Source: an uncultured delta proteobacterium (GTDB lineage Bacteria; Desulfobacterota; Binatia; Binatales; Binataceae). From it: DNA of 64,000 nucleotides. The DNA lies in the NCBI GenBank assembly GCA_963794325.1, contig CAWCDG010000007.1:192001-256000 (forward strand), written 5' to 3'. The stretch's first letter is position 1. Each line of letters opens with the position of its first letter. Shown in pieces: positions 8,940 to 19,341 of this stretch. Below the pieces are notes generated by a model. The model was not told where the DNA came from. It saw only the letters and a list, made by a program, of their open reading frames with translations, and ran no database searches. The translations under genes were made by a program, and so were the position numbers.

Positions 8940-10070
8940 ATGTTCAAAGGCATCAGAGTCATCGACGCCGACGGGCATGTGATGGAGCCCAACGAGCTCT
9001 ATGACGAATACCTGGATAGTAAGTTCAAACCCGATCTCGATGAATTGAAAAAGGTCGCGTCGGCGCGCGCGTCGAAATATTTCTTCGGCTACTTCCATCA
9101 GTTGAATACAGGACGGCCGCTCGGCATCGCGACGCCCGACAAGCCGCTGATGCGAACCGGGCGCAAGCCGCACGGCGAGCGGCCCGACATGCGCGGCGGC
9201 TTCGATCCTCACGTGCGCATCAAGGACATGGATCGCGAGGGAATCGACGTGGCGGTGCTGTTCGCGACTGTGGTGTCGAGTTTTTGCGCGCTCCCGAGCG
9301 TCGATTTCGAAGTCGCGATGATTCGTGCGTACCATCGATGGCTCGCCGACTACTGCGCGGCGTTTCCGGCTCGCCTGAAGGGCGTCGCGATTGTGCCGAT
9401 GCGTGCACCCGAACAAGCTGCTGACGAAATTCGGCGCGTCGCGAATGAGCCGTGGTGCGTCGGCATCTACCTGTCCGCGCATATGGAGGACAAGCTGCTC
9501 GACCATCCGGCGTTCCATCCGATTTGGAAGGCGTGCGTCGAGACCGACCTGCCCGCGTGCTTCCATGGCGGCACGGCGCGGCCGCCGTACGGGATGGGCA
9601 CGTTCGAGATGGGCAACAATCTTTTCATCCAGCATTCGGCGACGAATCCGTTCGAGGTGATGCGCGGGATCGCGTCGCTGGTCGGAGGCGGCGTGCTCGA
9701 CATTTTCCCGAAGCTGCGGGTTGCGTTTCTCGAAGCGGGCGTTGGATGGCTGCCGTTCTGGATGGAGCGGCTCGACGAGCATTACGAGCTGATGCCTGAG
9801 TACGTGCCGTTTCTGCATCGCAGGCCGTCGGAGGTGATTCGCAGCGAGAATTTTTTTATTTCGTGCGACCCCGACGAGGAGACGCTGCCATATCGTGGTG
9901 AAAGCGTTGGCGCTGAGCATATTCTGTATGCGTCGGACTATCCGCATTTCGATGGGCGGTTCCCGCATACGGTGAGTTTGACGGCGGGAAGGAAGGAGTT
10001 TGATGCGAGCGTGGCGAGGAAGATTTTGGATGAGAATCCGACGCGGTTGTATACGCGGTTGAAGTCGTAG
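8940..10070 (+). CDS. Amidohydrolase_2 family metal-dependent hydrolase/decarboxylase
   Basis: IDADGHVME, MDREGID, FPKLRVAFLEAGVGW, ASDYPHFD. Confidence 0.9.
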   Translation: MFKGIRVIDADGHVMEPNELYDEYLDSKFKPDLDELKKVASARASKYFFGYFHQLNTGRPLGIATPDKPLMRTGRKPHGERPDMRGGFDPHVRIKDMDREGIDVAVLFATVVSSFCALPSVDFEVAMIRAYHRWLADYCAAFPARLKGVAIVPMRAPEQAADEIRRVANEPWCVGIYLSAHMEDKLLDHPAFHPIWKACVETDLPACFHGGTARPPYGMGTFEMGNNLFIQHSATNPFEVMRGIASLVGGGVLDIFPKLRVAFLEAGVGWLPFWMERLDEHYELMPEYVPFLHRRPSEVIRSENFFISCDPDEETLPYRGESVGAEHILYASDYPHFDGRFPHTVSLTAGRKEFDASVARKILDENPTRLYTRLKS

Positions 10071-10071
10071 G

Positions 10072-10113
10072 AACCTAATCTAACCCCTTCCCATGGTGGG
10101 AAGGGGGACCGGA
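10072..10113 (+). repeat. Repeat family A variant
   Basis: AACCTAATCTAACCCCTTCCCATGGTGGGAAGGGGGACCGG. Confidence 0.85.
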
Positions 10114-10137
10114 TTTTTTTGGATTTTGATTTTAGCG

Positions 10138-10596
10138 ATGAAGACCGGAAAGTTTGCGGCGACTTTGATCGTGATTGCACTGGTGGCGGGCGTCGCGCGG
10201 AATGCGAGGGCGCTAACGCCGGAGCAGGAGCAGGCGGCGCAGGATCTGCACGACGCGGAGGCTGCCGGCAAGCGGCATCGCGCTGAGCTGATGAAAATCC
10301 CGCACGTCACGGTCGTCACTGGCGAAGTCGATGGACGCAACGAGGCCGCGATTCTGATCGAGGTGGACGATCAGAAGAATGTCGATGAGGTACTGCGCAA
10401 AGTGCCGTCGCGAATCGAGGGCTTCCCGGTAGAAGTCGATGAGAGCGCTCCCGAGATCGTGAAAGGTGGCTCTATGATCTTTTTGAAGGACGACGCTGCG
10501 ACTCCGACGCCGCCGACCATCGACAAGAATGGCTACTACCATCACACCTGGTCGAAGCCGTCCGCGCCCGCGACGAACTCGACTGCGCAGCCGTGA
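10138..10596 (+). CDS. Hypothetical secreted protein
   Basis: Signal peptide MKTGKFAATLIVIALVAGVARNARA; LMKIPHV...VPSRIEGFPVEV resembles a protease propeptide-like domain. Confidence 0.6.
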   Translation: MKTGKFAATLIVIALVAGVARNARALTPEQEQAAQDLHDAEAAGKRHRAELMKIPHVTVVTGEVDGRNEAAILIEVDDQKNVDEVLRKVPSRIEGFPVEVDESAPEIVKGGSMIFLKDDAATPTPPTIDKNGYYHHTWSKPSAPATNSTAQP

Positions 10597-10603
10597 ACCT
10601 AAC

Positions 10604-10633
10604 TTGACTGCAATTCCGAGGACTCCCTATAGT
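10604..10633 (+). promoter_or_regulatory. Sigma70-type promoter upstream of nuoI-like gene
   Basis: TTGACT-N18-TATAGT. Confidence 0.55.
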
Positions 10634-10710
10634 CTAGTTTCGGAGTCCGGCGAACCTGCGGCTAGCGCAGAAAACCCCGTTCAGACAATCGATTTGGTGC
10701 TGGTTTAGAG

Positions 10711-11416
10711 ATGCAGCGAAGCGAACAAATGACCTTCTGGGAGCGGATTTATATCCCCGAAATCCTGAAAGGTCTTGCGATCACCAACTACCATTTCATG
10801 CGCAACCTCATGCTCCACACCGCGCATCTGTTCGGGATGAAGAAATCAGTCAACGCGACTTCGACCACGCAGTATCCCGAGGAGCGCAAGCACTATCCCG
10901 ACAATTTTCGCGGCAGTCATCGCCTGACGCTGCGCGAGGATTCCAGTGTCCGATGCACCGCGTGTTTTCTGTGCGCGACCGCGTGCCCTGCGCAGTGCAT
11001 ATATATTGAGGCCGGCGAGTCGCCCGATCCGCACGTCGAGAAATTTCCGGTGCGCTACGAAATCGACACTCTGCGATGCATCTACTGCGGGCTTGTGCGT
11101 CGAGGCGTGCCCGTGCGACGCGATTCGGATGGACACCTACGTGCATCCGCGCATCTGGGGTTTCGACCGCAAGGATTTCGTCGAGCAGAAGGAACTGCTG
11201 ATGCATCGATCGCACGTGCTGGCCGAGAAGGGCCGCGACGGCAACATGAACGAGATGCTCGAGTGGTACCGCGAGCAGGACGCGAGGGTTTACGATCCGC
11301 AGCGGCCGGAGATGAAGAACTACACCAACCGTGAAGCGCCCAAGCATTACGCGGAAGCGCCGGACCGTATCGACGACCTCACTGCGATCGACCGGCACGC
11401 GCGCAGCGGCAAGTAA
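10711..11416 (+). CDS. nuoI: NADH-quinone oxidoreductase subunit I-like 2[4Fe-4S] protein (frameshift near 11090)
   Basis: TQYPEE, FRGSHRL, CTACFLCATACP, ID..RCIYCG / LCVEACPCDAI; the second cluster motif is split by one extra base. Confidence 0.85.
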
Positions 11417-11420
11417 CCCG

Positions 11421-11666
11421 ATGACCCGAGTGACTATTGGCCTGACCCTGGCGGGCCTGATTGTTTTGTTTATCGCTTACGCAAAGGGCGTCGGCGTGAT
11501 TCATGGCGGCGACGTGCTCAGCCATATGTACTGGGCGACCGGGGCGCTGACACTCGTTGGGCTGGCCAATTTTATCGCGGTGGCGCACCTGGCGCGCGCC
11601 GAGCGAATGATCCAGGAACTGCGTGCGCTGTGCGAAAAGAACGGCATCGAGTACGGCGACGATTAA
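11421..11666 (+). CDS. Small two-helix membrane protein
   Basis: Two hydrophobic segments; starts 4 nt after the nuoI stop. Confidence 0.6.
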   Translation: MTRVTIGLTLAGLIVLFIAYAKGVGVIHGGDVLSHMYWATGALTLVGLANFIAVAHLARAERMIQELRALCEKNGIEYGDD

Positions 11667-11718
11667 GCTATACTTTTAAATCCAAGGTCGTGCGCTCGAC
11701 GGCCGCGGAGGTGACGCG

Positions 11719-13015
11719 ATGACCCAGATTGAAGCCGCCCGCAAGAACATAATCACCCGGCAGATGACCGAAGTTGCCGAGGATGAAGGATTCACGCCCG
11801 AAGAAATTCGCGCGCTGGTCGCGACCGGCGAGGTCGTCATCCCGCACAACCTCCATCACGATTTCCGGGCAATCGGAATCGGCAAAGGCCTGCGCACCAA
11901 GGTCAATGCCAACATCGGCGCCTCGAACTTCCATCAGCTGATTGAAGAGGAAGTCGAAAAACTTTACACCGCGGTCCGCTACGGCGCCGACTCGGTGATG
12001 GATCTTTCGACCGGCACCGACCTCGATAAAATCCGCGCGGAGATCCTGTCGCGATGCTCGGTGATTCTCGGCACGGTGCCGATTTACCAGCTCGGCTCCG
12101 AGCGCTCGATCATGGAGATGGAAATCGAGTTTTTTCTCGACGTTATCGAGCGGCAGGCGCGTCAGGGTGTCGATTACATGACGCTCCATTGCGGCGTCAC
12201 GCGCGAAAGCGTGAAGCGGTTGCGCGGACATCAGCGAATCGAGGGTATCGTGTCGCGCGGCGGTGCGATGTTGGCGGCGTGGATCGAGCGCACCGGCAAC
12301 GAGAATCCGCTCTACGAGCATTTCGACCAAGTCTGCGCGGTGCTGCGCGAGCATGACGTAACCATTTCGATAGGCGACGGGCTGCGGCCGGGCGCCACCG
12401 GCGACGCTACCGATCGCGGGCAAATCTCCGAGTTGCTGCTGATGGGCGAACTGACCGATCGCGCGCGCGCGATGGGCGTGCAGGTGATGATCGAAGGTCC
12501 CGGCCATGTGCCGCTCGATCAAATCGAAGCCAACGTGAAGCTCGAGAAGCGCGTCTGCGGCGGAGCGCCGTTCTACGTGCTCGGCCCGCTGACCTGCGAC
12601 GTCGCGCCCGGCTACGATCACATCACCGGCGCGATTGGCGGCGCGATCGCGTCGGCGGCGGGCACCGATTTTCTCTGCTACGTAACGCCGGCCGAGCATC
12701 TGCGGCTGCCCGACATCGACGACGTGCGCGAAGGTGTGATCGCGACACGAATCGCGGCGCACTCCGGCGACCTGGTGAAGGGTGTGCGCGCCGCGAAAGT
12801 CTGGAACGATCAGATGTCGCGATATCGAAAGGCGCTCAACTGGGAAGGCATGTACGCGATGGCGATGGACCCCGACAAGGCGCGCCGCTACAAGGAAGAG
12901 AGCGAGGCGGCGGGTTCCAACGTCTGCACGATGTGCGGGTCGCTGTGCTCGATCAATATCGACAACGCGGCGATCAAATTCACCAAGCGGCGATCGATCG
13001 CCGAGGCGGAAGCGC

Positions 13016-13029
<14 letters not shown>
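11719..13029 (+). CDS. thiC: Phosphomethylpyrimidine synthase ThiC (short form)
   Basis: IGKGLRTKVNANIG, MDLSTG, GIVSRGG, GDGLRPG, EGPGH, CYVTPAEHL and CTMCGSLC Fe-S motif. Confidence 0.92.
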
Positions 13030-13501
<472 letters not shown>

Positions 13502-13587
13502 CCGTTAGCCGCGTAGCGTGACTCGCGCGCGTGGTTATAGTTGTATATTGAAACTGAATCCGCCGGCGGATCGGACGGTTAAAACTT

Positions 13588-14823
13588 ATGGCGAAAACCT
13601 CGAAGAATATTCTCGACGAAGCGCGCTCGACGATTAGACAGATCGGTATCGACGAAGCGCGCGCGATGATCGACCAGCCCGGCACCGTGCTGGTCGATGT
13701 GCGCGAAGCGGACGAGTGGCGGCAGGGGCATATTCCGCAGGCGGTCGCGATTCCGCGCGGGTTCCTCGAGCTTCGAGTCGAGGAGAAAATCCCCGACCAC
13801 AAGACTCCCGTGATTTTGCAGTGCGCGTCGGGCACGCGCTCGCTGCTCGCGGCGCGGACCCTGCGCGAGCTCGGCTACGAGAACGTCTTCAACATGACGG
13901 GCGGCTTCAGCGCGTGGAAGGATCGCGGGCTGCCGTGGATTGCGGATCGCGCGTTCACCAGCGAGGAGCTGACCCGCTACTCGCGCCATTTCGTGATTCC
14001 CGAGGTCGGCGAGAAGGGACAGGCGAAACTGCTCGACGCCAAGGTGCTGCTACTCGGCACCGGCGCGCTGGGATCGCCGTCGGCGCTGTACCTGGCCGCG
14101 GCCGGAGTCGGCACGATCGGGCTGGTGGATTTCGACGTGGTCGATATGTCGAATCTCCAGCGGCAGATTATACACACCACCGATCGCGTCGGCATGCCGA
14201 AGACCGAGTCGGCCCAGAAGGCGATCAACGCGCTGAATCCCGGCGTCAAGGTGATTCGCCACGATGTGCGGCTCACCTCCGAGAACGCGATGGATATCGT
14301 CAAGGACTACGACGTGGTCGTGAACTGCGGCGACAATTTTCCGACTCGATATCTGATCAACGACGCATGCGTCTTCGCGAAGAAGCCGTTGGTTGACGGC
14401 GCGATTTTCCGCTTCGAAGGCAACACCACGGTTTTCTACCCGGCCAAGGGCGGCCCGTGTTACCGATGCCTCTATCCGGAGCCGGCCCCGCCGGACATGG
14501 CGCCCTCGTGCGCGGAGGCCGGAGTGCTCGGCGCGATTCCGGGACTCATCGGATCGATCGAAGCGCTCGAGGCGATCAAGCTCATAATCGGCGCGGGCTC
14601 CCCCCTAATCGGCAAGATGGTGTACTTCGACACGCTGTCCGACAAGGACTACGTGCGCGTTTTGAAGATCCGCAAAGATCCGAAATGCCCGGTCTGCAGC
14701 GAGCATCCTACGCAGACCACCTTGATCGACTACGAAGCATTCTGCGGATTCGGCGCGCCCGCGAACGGAACTGCGCACGCGGAACCAACGGCGCATGCGA
14801 GCGCGGCGGCGTCGGCACGCTAA
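13588..14823 (+). CDS. moeZ: MoeZ/MoeB-type E1-like adenylyltransferase with N-terminal rhodanese domain
   Basis: Rhodanese DVRE..EW..GHI and CASGTRS; RYSRH, GTGALG, DFDVVDMSNLQRQ, CYRC, SCAEAG, CPVC. Confidence 0.9.
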   Translation: MAKTSKNILDEARSTIRQIGIDEARAMIDQPGTVLVDVREADEWRQGHIPQAVAIPRGFLELRVEEKIPDHKTPVILQCASGTRSLLAARTLRELGYENVFNMTGGFSAWKDRGLPWIADRAFTSEELTRYSRHFVIPEVGEKGQAKLLDAKVLLLGTGALGSPSALYLAAAGVGTIGLVDFDVVDMSNLQRQIIHTTDRVGMPKTESAQKAINALNPGVKVIRHDVRLTSENAMDIVKDYDVVVNCGDNFPTRYLINDACVFAKKPLVDGAIFRFEGNTTVFYPAKGGPCYRCLYPEPAPPDMAPSCAEAGVLGAIPGLIGSIEALEAIKLIIGAGSPLIGKMVYFDTLSDKDYVRVLKIRKDPKCPVCSEHPTQTTLIDYEAFCGFGAPANGTAHAEPTAHASAAASAR

Positions 14824-14981
14824 GACTCGCGCGCTGGCGCGCGAAGCTTGAAATCTGATTTGATTGCGGCGGGACTCTGAAAAGGGTTCCGCCGTTTCAT
14901 TTTCGAGATCGATCACTGAGGCGAATCGCAATGGCGCTTGGACCGTTCTACGTGGCGGAAAAACTCAAAGGCGAAAAGGGG

Positions 14982-15626
14982 ATGAGAGGAATCGCGCTGT
15001 TCATGCGCCATGGCGAAACCGCGTGGAATCGCGAGGGCAGGGTGATGGGCCGCAACCCGATCGAGCTCGACGCTGATGGCCGCGCGCAGGTGGAAGCCTC
15101 GATTCCGTTCGCGCGCCTGATCAAGCCCGATTTGATCGTCACGAGTCCGCTCGCACGCGCGCGGCAGTCTGCGGAGATAATCGCGGCCGGCGTCGGTGGC
15201 GTCGCCGTCGCCGAAGATCCGCAATTGTCGGAGGTCCAGTACGGGCGATGGGAAGGGATGGTGTACGACGATTTGGTCGAAGATGCCGACTACCTGAACT
15301 ATCGCGAGCATCCGCTGGACACGCCGACGCCCGGCGGTGAGACCATCGCGCAGGTGCAATCGCGAGGCGTCGAGGCGGTGCGGCGCGCGATCACGGACAA
15401 CAGCGGGAAGCGGATCCTGTTCGTTTCGCACGGCGATATCATTCGCACCGTGTTGTGCCATTTTATGCGGCTCGAACTCGCGCACTTCCGGCGAATCCGC
15501 GTTGACAACGCGGCGTTCTCTGGCTTCCAGCTAATCGGCGATTTCGCCGAGATGAAATTCCTGAATCTGTTGCCCGATCCGGATCGCGCGTTCGCTGCGC
15601 CCTTCGTATCGAAAAAGCGCGAGTAA
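14982..15626 (+). CDS. Histidine phosphatase family protein
   Basis: RHGET, SPLARARQSA, GRWEG, PGGET, VSHGD. Confidence 0.9.
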   Translation: MRGIALFMRHGETAWNREGRVMGRNPIELDADGRAQVEASIPFARLIKPDLIVTSPLARARQSAEIIAAGVGGVAVAEDPQLSEVQYGRWEGMVYDDLVEDADYLNYREHPLDTPTPGGETIAQVQSRGVEAVRRAITDNSGKRILFVSHGDIIRTVLCHFMRLELAHFRRIRVDNAAFSGFQLIGDFAEMKFLNLLPDPDRAFAAPFVSKKRE

Positions 15627-15657
15627 CCTGGCGACGACGATCTGAAAACGAAACAGA

Positions 15658-15681
15658 GGCGGGCACGGCGGCCCGCCCCAC
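15658..15681 (-). repeat. GTGG-headed REP-like palindrome between convergent genes
   Basis: Reverse complement GTGG-GGCGGGC-CGCCGT-GCCCGCC; partial match GGCCCGCCCCACTG at ~1155-1168. Confidence 0.55.
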
Positions 15682-15696
15682 TGGAAGAAGAAGAGT

Positions 15697-16890
15697 TCAG
15701 GGGCCGCCGGCGAGCGACGGTGACGATGCGCCGACGTCGATTCCTTTGCGAACGCGGACGTCAGCGCCCGGCTTGCCCGGAACCTCGACCTTCAGGCTGC
15801 GGTAGCCGCCCCGCGACGGATCGGGCGCGAGAAATCCGACGGTGTATTGCTCGCGCAATTCGAGACTGATGTTCTCGCATGCGCGACGCAGCGACTCGCC
15901 GTCTCCCGCCTCGCGGATGATGTAGGTCTTGGCGCCGGTTTCGGTCGAGAGCGAGTGCAGCGTCTCAGAGTCCACGTGTTCCATGTCGTCGCCGCCCAGA
16001 ACGAACGGTCCAATCGACACGGAAACTCCGCTGCTGCCGTTGGGATCGCCGATTCCGATCGAGTACACCAGCACGCCCATTCGCCGCGCCTGCGCGACGA
16101 CGTCATTCACGGTCGCGGCGCTGGTATTGTCCATTCCGTCGGTCACGACGAGCAGCGCTTTCTTGTCGTAGCGCCCGCGCTGCACCATCTGGAGGCCCTG
16201 CATAATCACGTCGAACAGAGCGGTCTGCCCGTAGGCGTGCAGCAACGCGAGCCGGCGCATCACGAGATCGTGATTCATCGTGAACGGTTGGAGCAGGAAT
16301 GGATGGCTCGAGAATGCGAACAGGAACACGTCGTCCTTGTCATTCAGATCGCGCAGGAATTGCGCAATCGCGGCGCGCGCCTGCGGAATCTTCGGCGTCA
16401 TGCTGCCCGAGGTGTCCACCAGGATGCCGACCGAAACCGGAGTGTTCAGGTCCTGCCGAAAAAACTGTATCGGACTCTGCTGCCCGTCCATGTAGAGTTT
16501 GAAGTCGCCCTTCTGAAGCCCGGTAACGTAAGTGCCGCTCGGCTCGGTCACCGTAACAGTCACCTGTTCGTAACCCGGCTGCTGGCGCAATTCGCGCGTC
16601 GGCAGCACCAGTTCCTGGCCGCCCTGCGGAACCTGCGGCGGGATGTTGAGCGACTCGCCGCCCTGTTTCGCCGGCATCGACGGCAACTCGAGCGTCGAGG
16701 TTTCTTTGCCCTGGCTACGCGGAATAATCAGCTGCGGTGCCGGATTCGATGGTGGTGGCGGATTTGCCAAACCCTGCTGCATCTGCGCTGCGGCGGGTGA
16801 GGCTGCGGCAAATATGATCGCCAGCATGATCGCGGCAGCAGCGAATGCGGAAATCAAGCTGCGTCGTAGCACTGGAAGAATTGTTGTCAT
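15697..16890 (-). CDS. Exported VWA-domain protein (Acidobacteria-type VWFA family)
   Basis: Signal peptide, Pro/Gln linker, DTSGSM MIDAS motif, GQTALFD, VVTDGMD, ELREQY. Confidence 0.85.
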   Translation of the reverse strand: MTTILPVLRRSLISAFAAAAIMLAIIFAAASPAAAQMQQGLANPPPPSNPAPQLIIPRSQGKETSTLELPSMPAKQGGESLNIPPQVPQGGQELVLPTRELRQQPGYEQVTVTVTEPSGTYVTGLQKGDFKLYMDGQQSPIQFFRQDLNTPVSVGILVDTSGSMTPKIPQARAAIAQFLRDLNDKDDVFLFAFSSHPFLLQPFTMNHDLVMRRLALLHAYGQTALFDVIMQGLQMVQRGRYDKKALLVVTDGMDNTSAATVNDVVAQARRMGVLVYSIGIGDPNGSSGVSVSIGPFVLGGDDMEHVDSETLHSLSTETGAKTYIIREAGDGESLRRACENISLELREQYTVGFLAPDPSRGGYRSLKVEVPGKPGADVRVRKGIDVGASSPSLAGGP

Positions 16891-17201
16891 CGCAATGCGA
16901 GCGCGCCGCCGAAGCGGCCCATTTTCATGTCTAATGATCCTATTTGCTCCCGCATTGAGCAAGCCGGGTAAAGTTTCCGAGCCTCAATACGCGATCCTCT
17001 CACACGTTGGACGAATTCGCCGAAGCAAAGTTTCAGCGCGCCGACGGCGCAGGCGTCCCTCGGAACCTTAGCAATCGTTAAGCTTGCTGAACGGTCGGTT
17101 CGCGCCGCGATATCGGTTTCTTGTCTCCCATTCTGATTTCGTCGTAACTTGATGAACCGGCCCAAGACCGCCACGTTCAGACCTGCCCGAGCGAAGGAGA
17201 A

Positions 17202-18425
17202 ATGATGAAGTTCGGAATTTTCATGGCCCCGTTCCACCGCGTCGGCGAAAACCCGACGCTCTGCTTCGAGCGCGACATGCAGCTGATCGAATGGCTCGAC
17301 GATCTCGGATACGAAGAGGCCTTCATCGGCGAGCATCATTCCTCGGGATGGGAAATAATCTCGTCGCCGGAGATTTTTATGGCGGTGGCGGCGACGCGCA
17401 CCCGGCATATCATGCTTGGATCCGGCGTGGTCAGCATCCCGTATCATCATCCGTTCCACGTCGCGAATCGGTTCGCATTGCTTGACCATCTCACTCGCGG
17501 ACGCGTGATGCTCGGATGCGGTCCCGGAGCGCTGGCCGCCGACGCTTACATGCAGGGAATCGATTCGACCACGCAGCGCAAGCGGATGATCGAAGGCATT
17601 ACCGCAATCCTTCGGCTGTTCAATGAAGAAGGCAAAATTTCGATCGATGGCTCGTACTTCAAGCTCGTCGATGCGCATCTGCAGGTGAAACCGTTCCAGC
17701 AACCGCATATGCCGGTGTTCGTCGCGAGCACGATTTCGCCGTCAGGGATGGTCGCGGCGGGACAGCTCGGATGCGGCGTGCTGTCGGTCGCGTCGTACGC
17801 GCCCGGCGGCCTGGACGACCTGATGAAACGCTGGGCGATGGCCGAAGAGTCGGCGGCCGAGAACGGCAAGACGGTCGATCGCAAAAACTGGCGGATGGTT
17901 TTCCCGATTCATCTCGCGGAGACGCGCGATCAGGCGATGGCCGATATTCGCGACGGCGCCAACGCGTGGATTCGCGAGTATTTTATCGACACGCTCGGCA
18001 CCCGCATCCAGTTCGAGGAATATCCGAATCAACCGATCGAAGAGATGAACATCGATCGGATGAACGGACGCGGCGGCATTATCGTGGGAACGCCCGACGA
18101 CGCGATCGCGAGGATCAAGGAGCTGCAGCAGGCGACCGGCGGCTTCGGCGGCATCCTGGGACTCGCGCACGAATGGACCACGCGCGAGAAGACCCTCCAC
18201 TCCTACGAGCTGTTCGCGCGATACGTCGCACCGCAATTCCAGGGCCCAGTCGCGCAGCAAGTGAAATATTCGAATGAGTGGGCGCGCGAAAATCGCGACC
18301 TGATGTTCGGCAAGGCGGTCGCGGGAATCCTGACCGCGGTGCAGGACTACGCACAGCACCAAGCCGAAAAGGGCGAACCGGTCCCGGAGATGATGACGCA
18401 GCCGATAACCCGCGTCCGGCCGTAG
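17202..18425 (+). CDS. LLM-class flavin-dependent monooxygenase, limonene 1,2-monooxygenase (LimB)-like
   Basis: FGIFMAPFH, GEHHSSGWE, LDHLTRGRVMLGCGPGAL; AAGGAG SD. Confidence 0.85.
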   Translation: MMKFGIFMAPFHRVGENPTLCFERDMQLIEWLDDLGYEEAFIGEHHSSGWEIISSPEIFMAVAATRTRHIMLGSGVVSIPYHHPFHVANRFALLDHLTRGRVMLGCGPGALAADAYMQGIDSTTQRKRMIEGITAILRLFNEEGKISIDGSYFKLVDAHLQVKPFQQPHMPVFVASTISPSGMVAAGQLGCGVLSVASYAPGGLDDLMKRWAMAEESAAENGKTVDRKNWRMVFPIHLAETRDQAMADIRDGANAWIREYFIDTLGTRIQFEEYPNQPIEEMNIDRMNGRGGIIVGTPDDAIARIKELQQATGGFGGILGLAHEWTTREKTLHSYELFARYVAPQFQGPVAQQVKYSNEWARENRDLMFGKAVAGILTAVQDYAQHQAEKGEPVPEMMTQPITRVRP

Positions 18426-18426
18426 C

Positions 18427-19260
18427 ATGAACGATGATGTTCCGTTTGCGGTGCGTCGTGATGAGTTGATCGCTCGCGCGGTAACTATCCTCTCCACTGA
18501 TTCACGCTTCCCTGCGGGATGGCTCGAAGGGAGCCTTGCTGACGGTTCTGCGGACTCGTATTCGGATATCGATTTGCACCTTTGCGTGGTCGAGAGCGCG
18601 TGGGACGAGGTGTGGAACGGCCGGCGCGGCGTGATCGAACGAATCGCGCCCATATTAGCGTCGCTCGATATCATGGGTGTGTTCGGCGTCGGGTGCTTGA
18701 TGGCGGGTCCGGTGAAGTTTGACGTTTTCTTCGAGCGGGAAAATGGCTTGGGGTCGAGGCCGCGCATCGCGGTGAAGCGTCTTTGGGGCGCGCCGGAGAT
18801 CTACCAGCGGTTCAAAATCGGCGACGACCTGGGAGATGCCATAATCAAGCACGCGCTCGAAACCAACGTGCTTGGATTTCTTCAAGGCGCGACCTGGCCG
18901 GTCAGAATCCTCGCACGCGGGCAAATCAACACTTTTCTCTTCAACGAAATCCTGCTGGTCGAGACGGCGATCGTCCCGCTGATGCTGCTCGAGACGGATC
19001 GCCGCGCGTTCCATCGCAATATGTTCACGCGCGCGAAGCTGCTCCCACCCGCTAAGCGCGAGGAATGCGCCCGGCTCGTCGATCGAATCGTGACGGCGAT
19101 ACGCAATGGCGATCGCGCTGCGATGCGAGACGTGCATATCGAAATGCACCGAATGATTTGTGAGCTTGCGAGGGCAGCATTCGCGCGCTACGGCCTCGAG
19201 TTCCCGCCCCGCGTCGAAGACGCGATGCGCGACTTCTACCAGCGCGAGTGGCCGACTTAG
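18427..19260 (+). CDS. Pol-beta-like nucleotidyltransferase domain protein
   Basis: GSLADGSADSYSDIDL motif followed by a helical C-terminal domain. Confidence 0.75.
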   Translation: MNDDVPFAVRRDELIARAVTILSTDSRFPAGWLEGSLADGSADSYSDIDLHLCVVESAWDEVWNGRRGVIERIAPILASLDIMGVFGVGCLMAGPVKFDVFFERENGLGSRPRIAVKRLWGAPEIYQRFKIGDDLGDAIIKHALETNVLGFLQGATWPVRILARGQINTFLFNEILLVETAIVPLMLLETDRRAFHRNMFTRAKLLPPAKREECARLVDRIVTAIRNGDRAAMRDVHIEMHRMICELARAAFARYGLEFPPRVEDAMRDFYQREWPT

Positions 19261-19341
19261 ATAGTCCGCCAGCGCGCGGTTTGGATAGTCGTCAGCTTCG
19301 GTGCTACTCACAATGCTATCCGCATCGAGAGGAGCACACCG

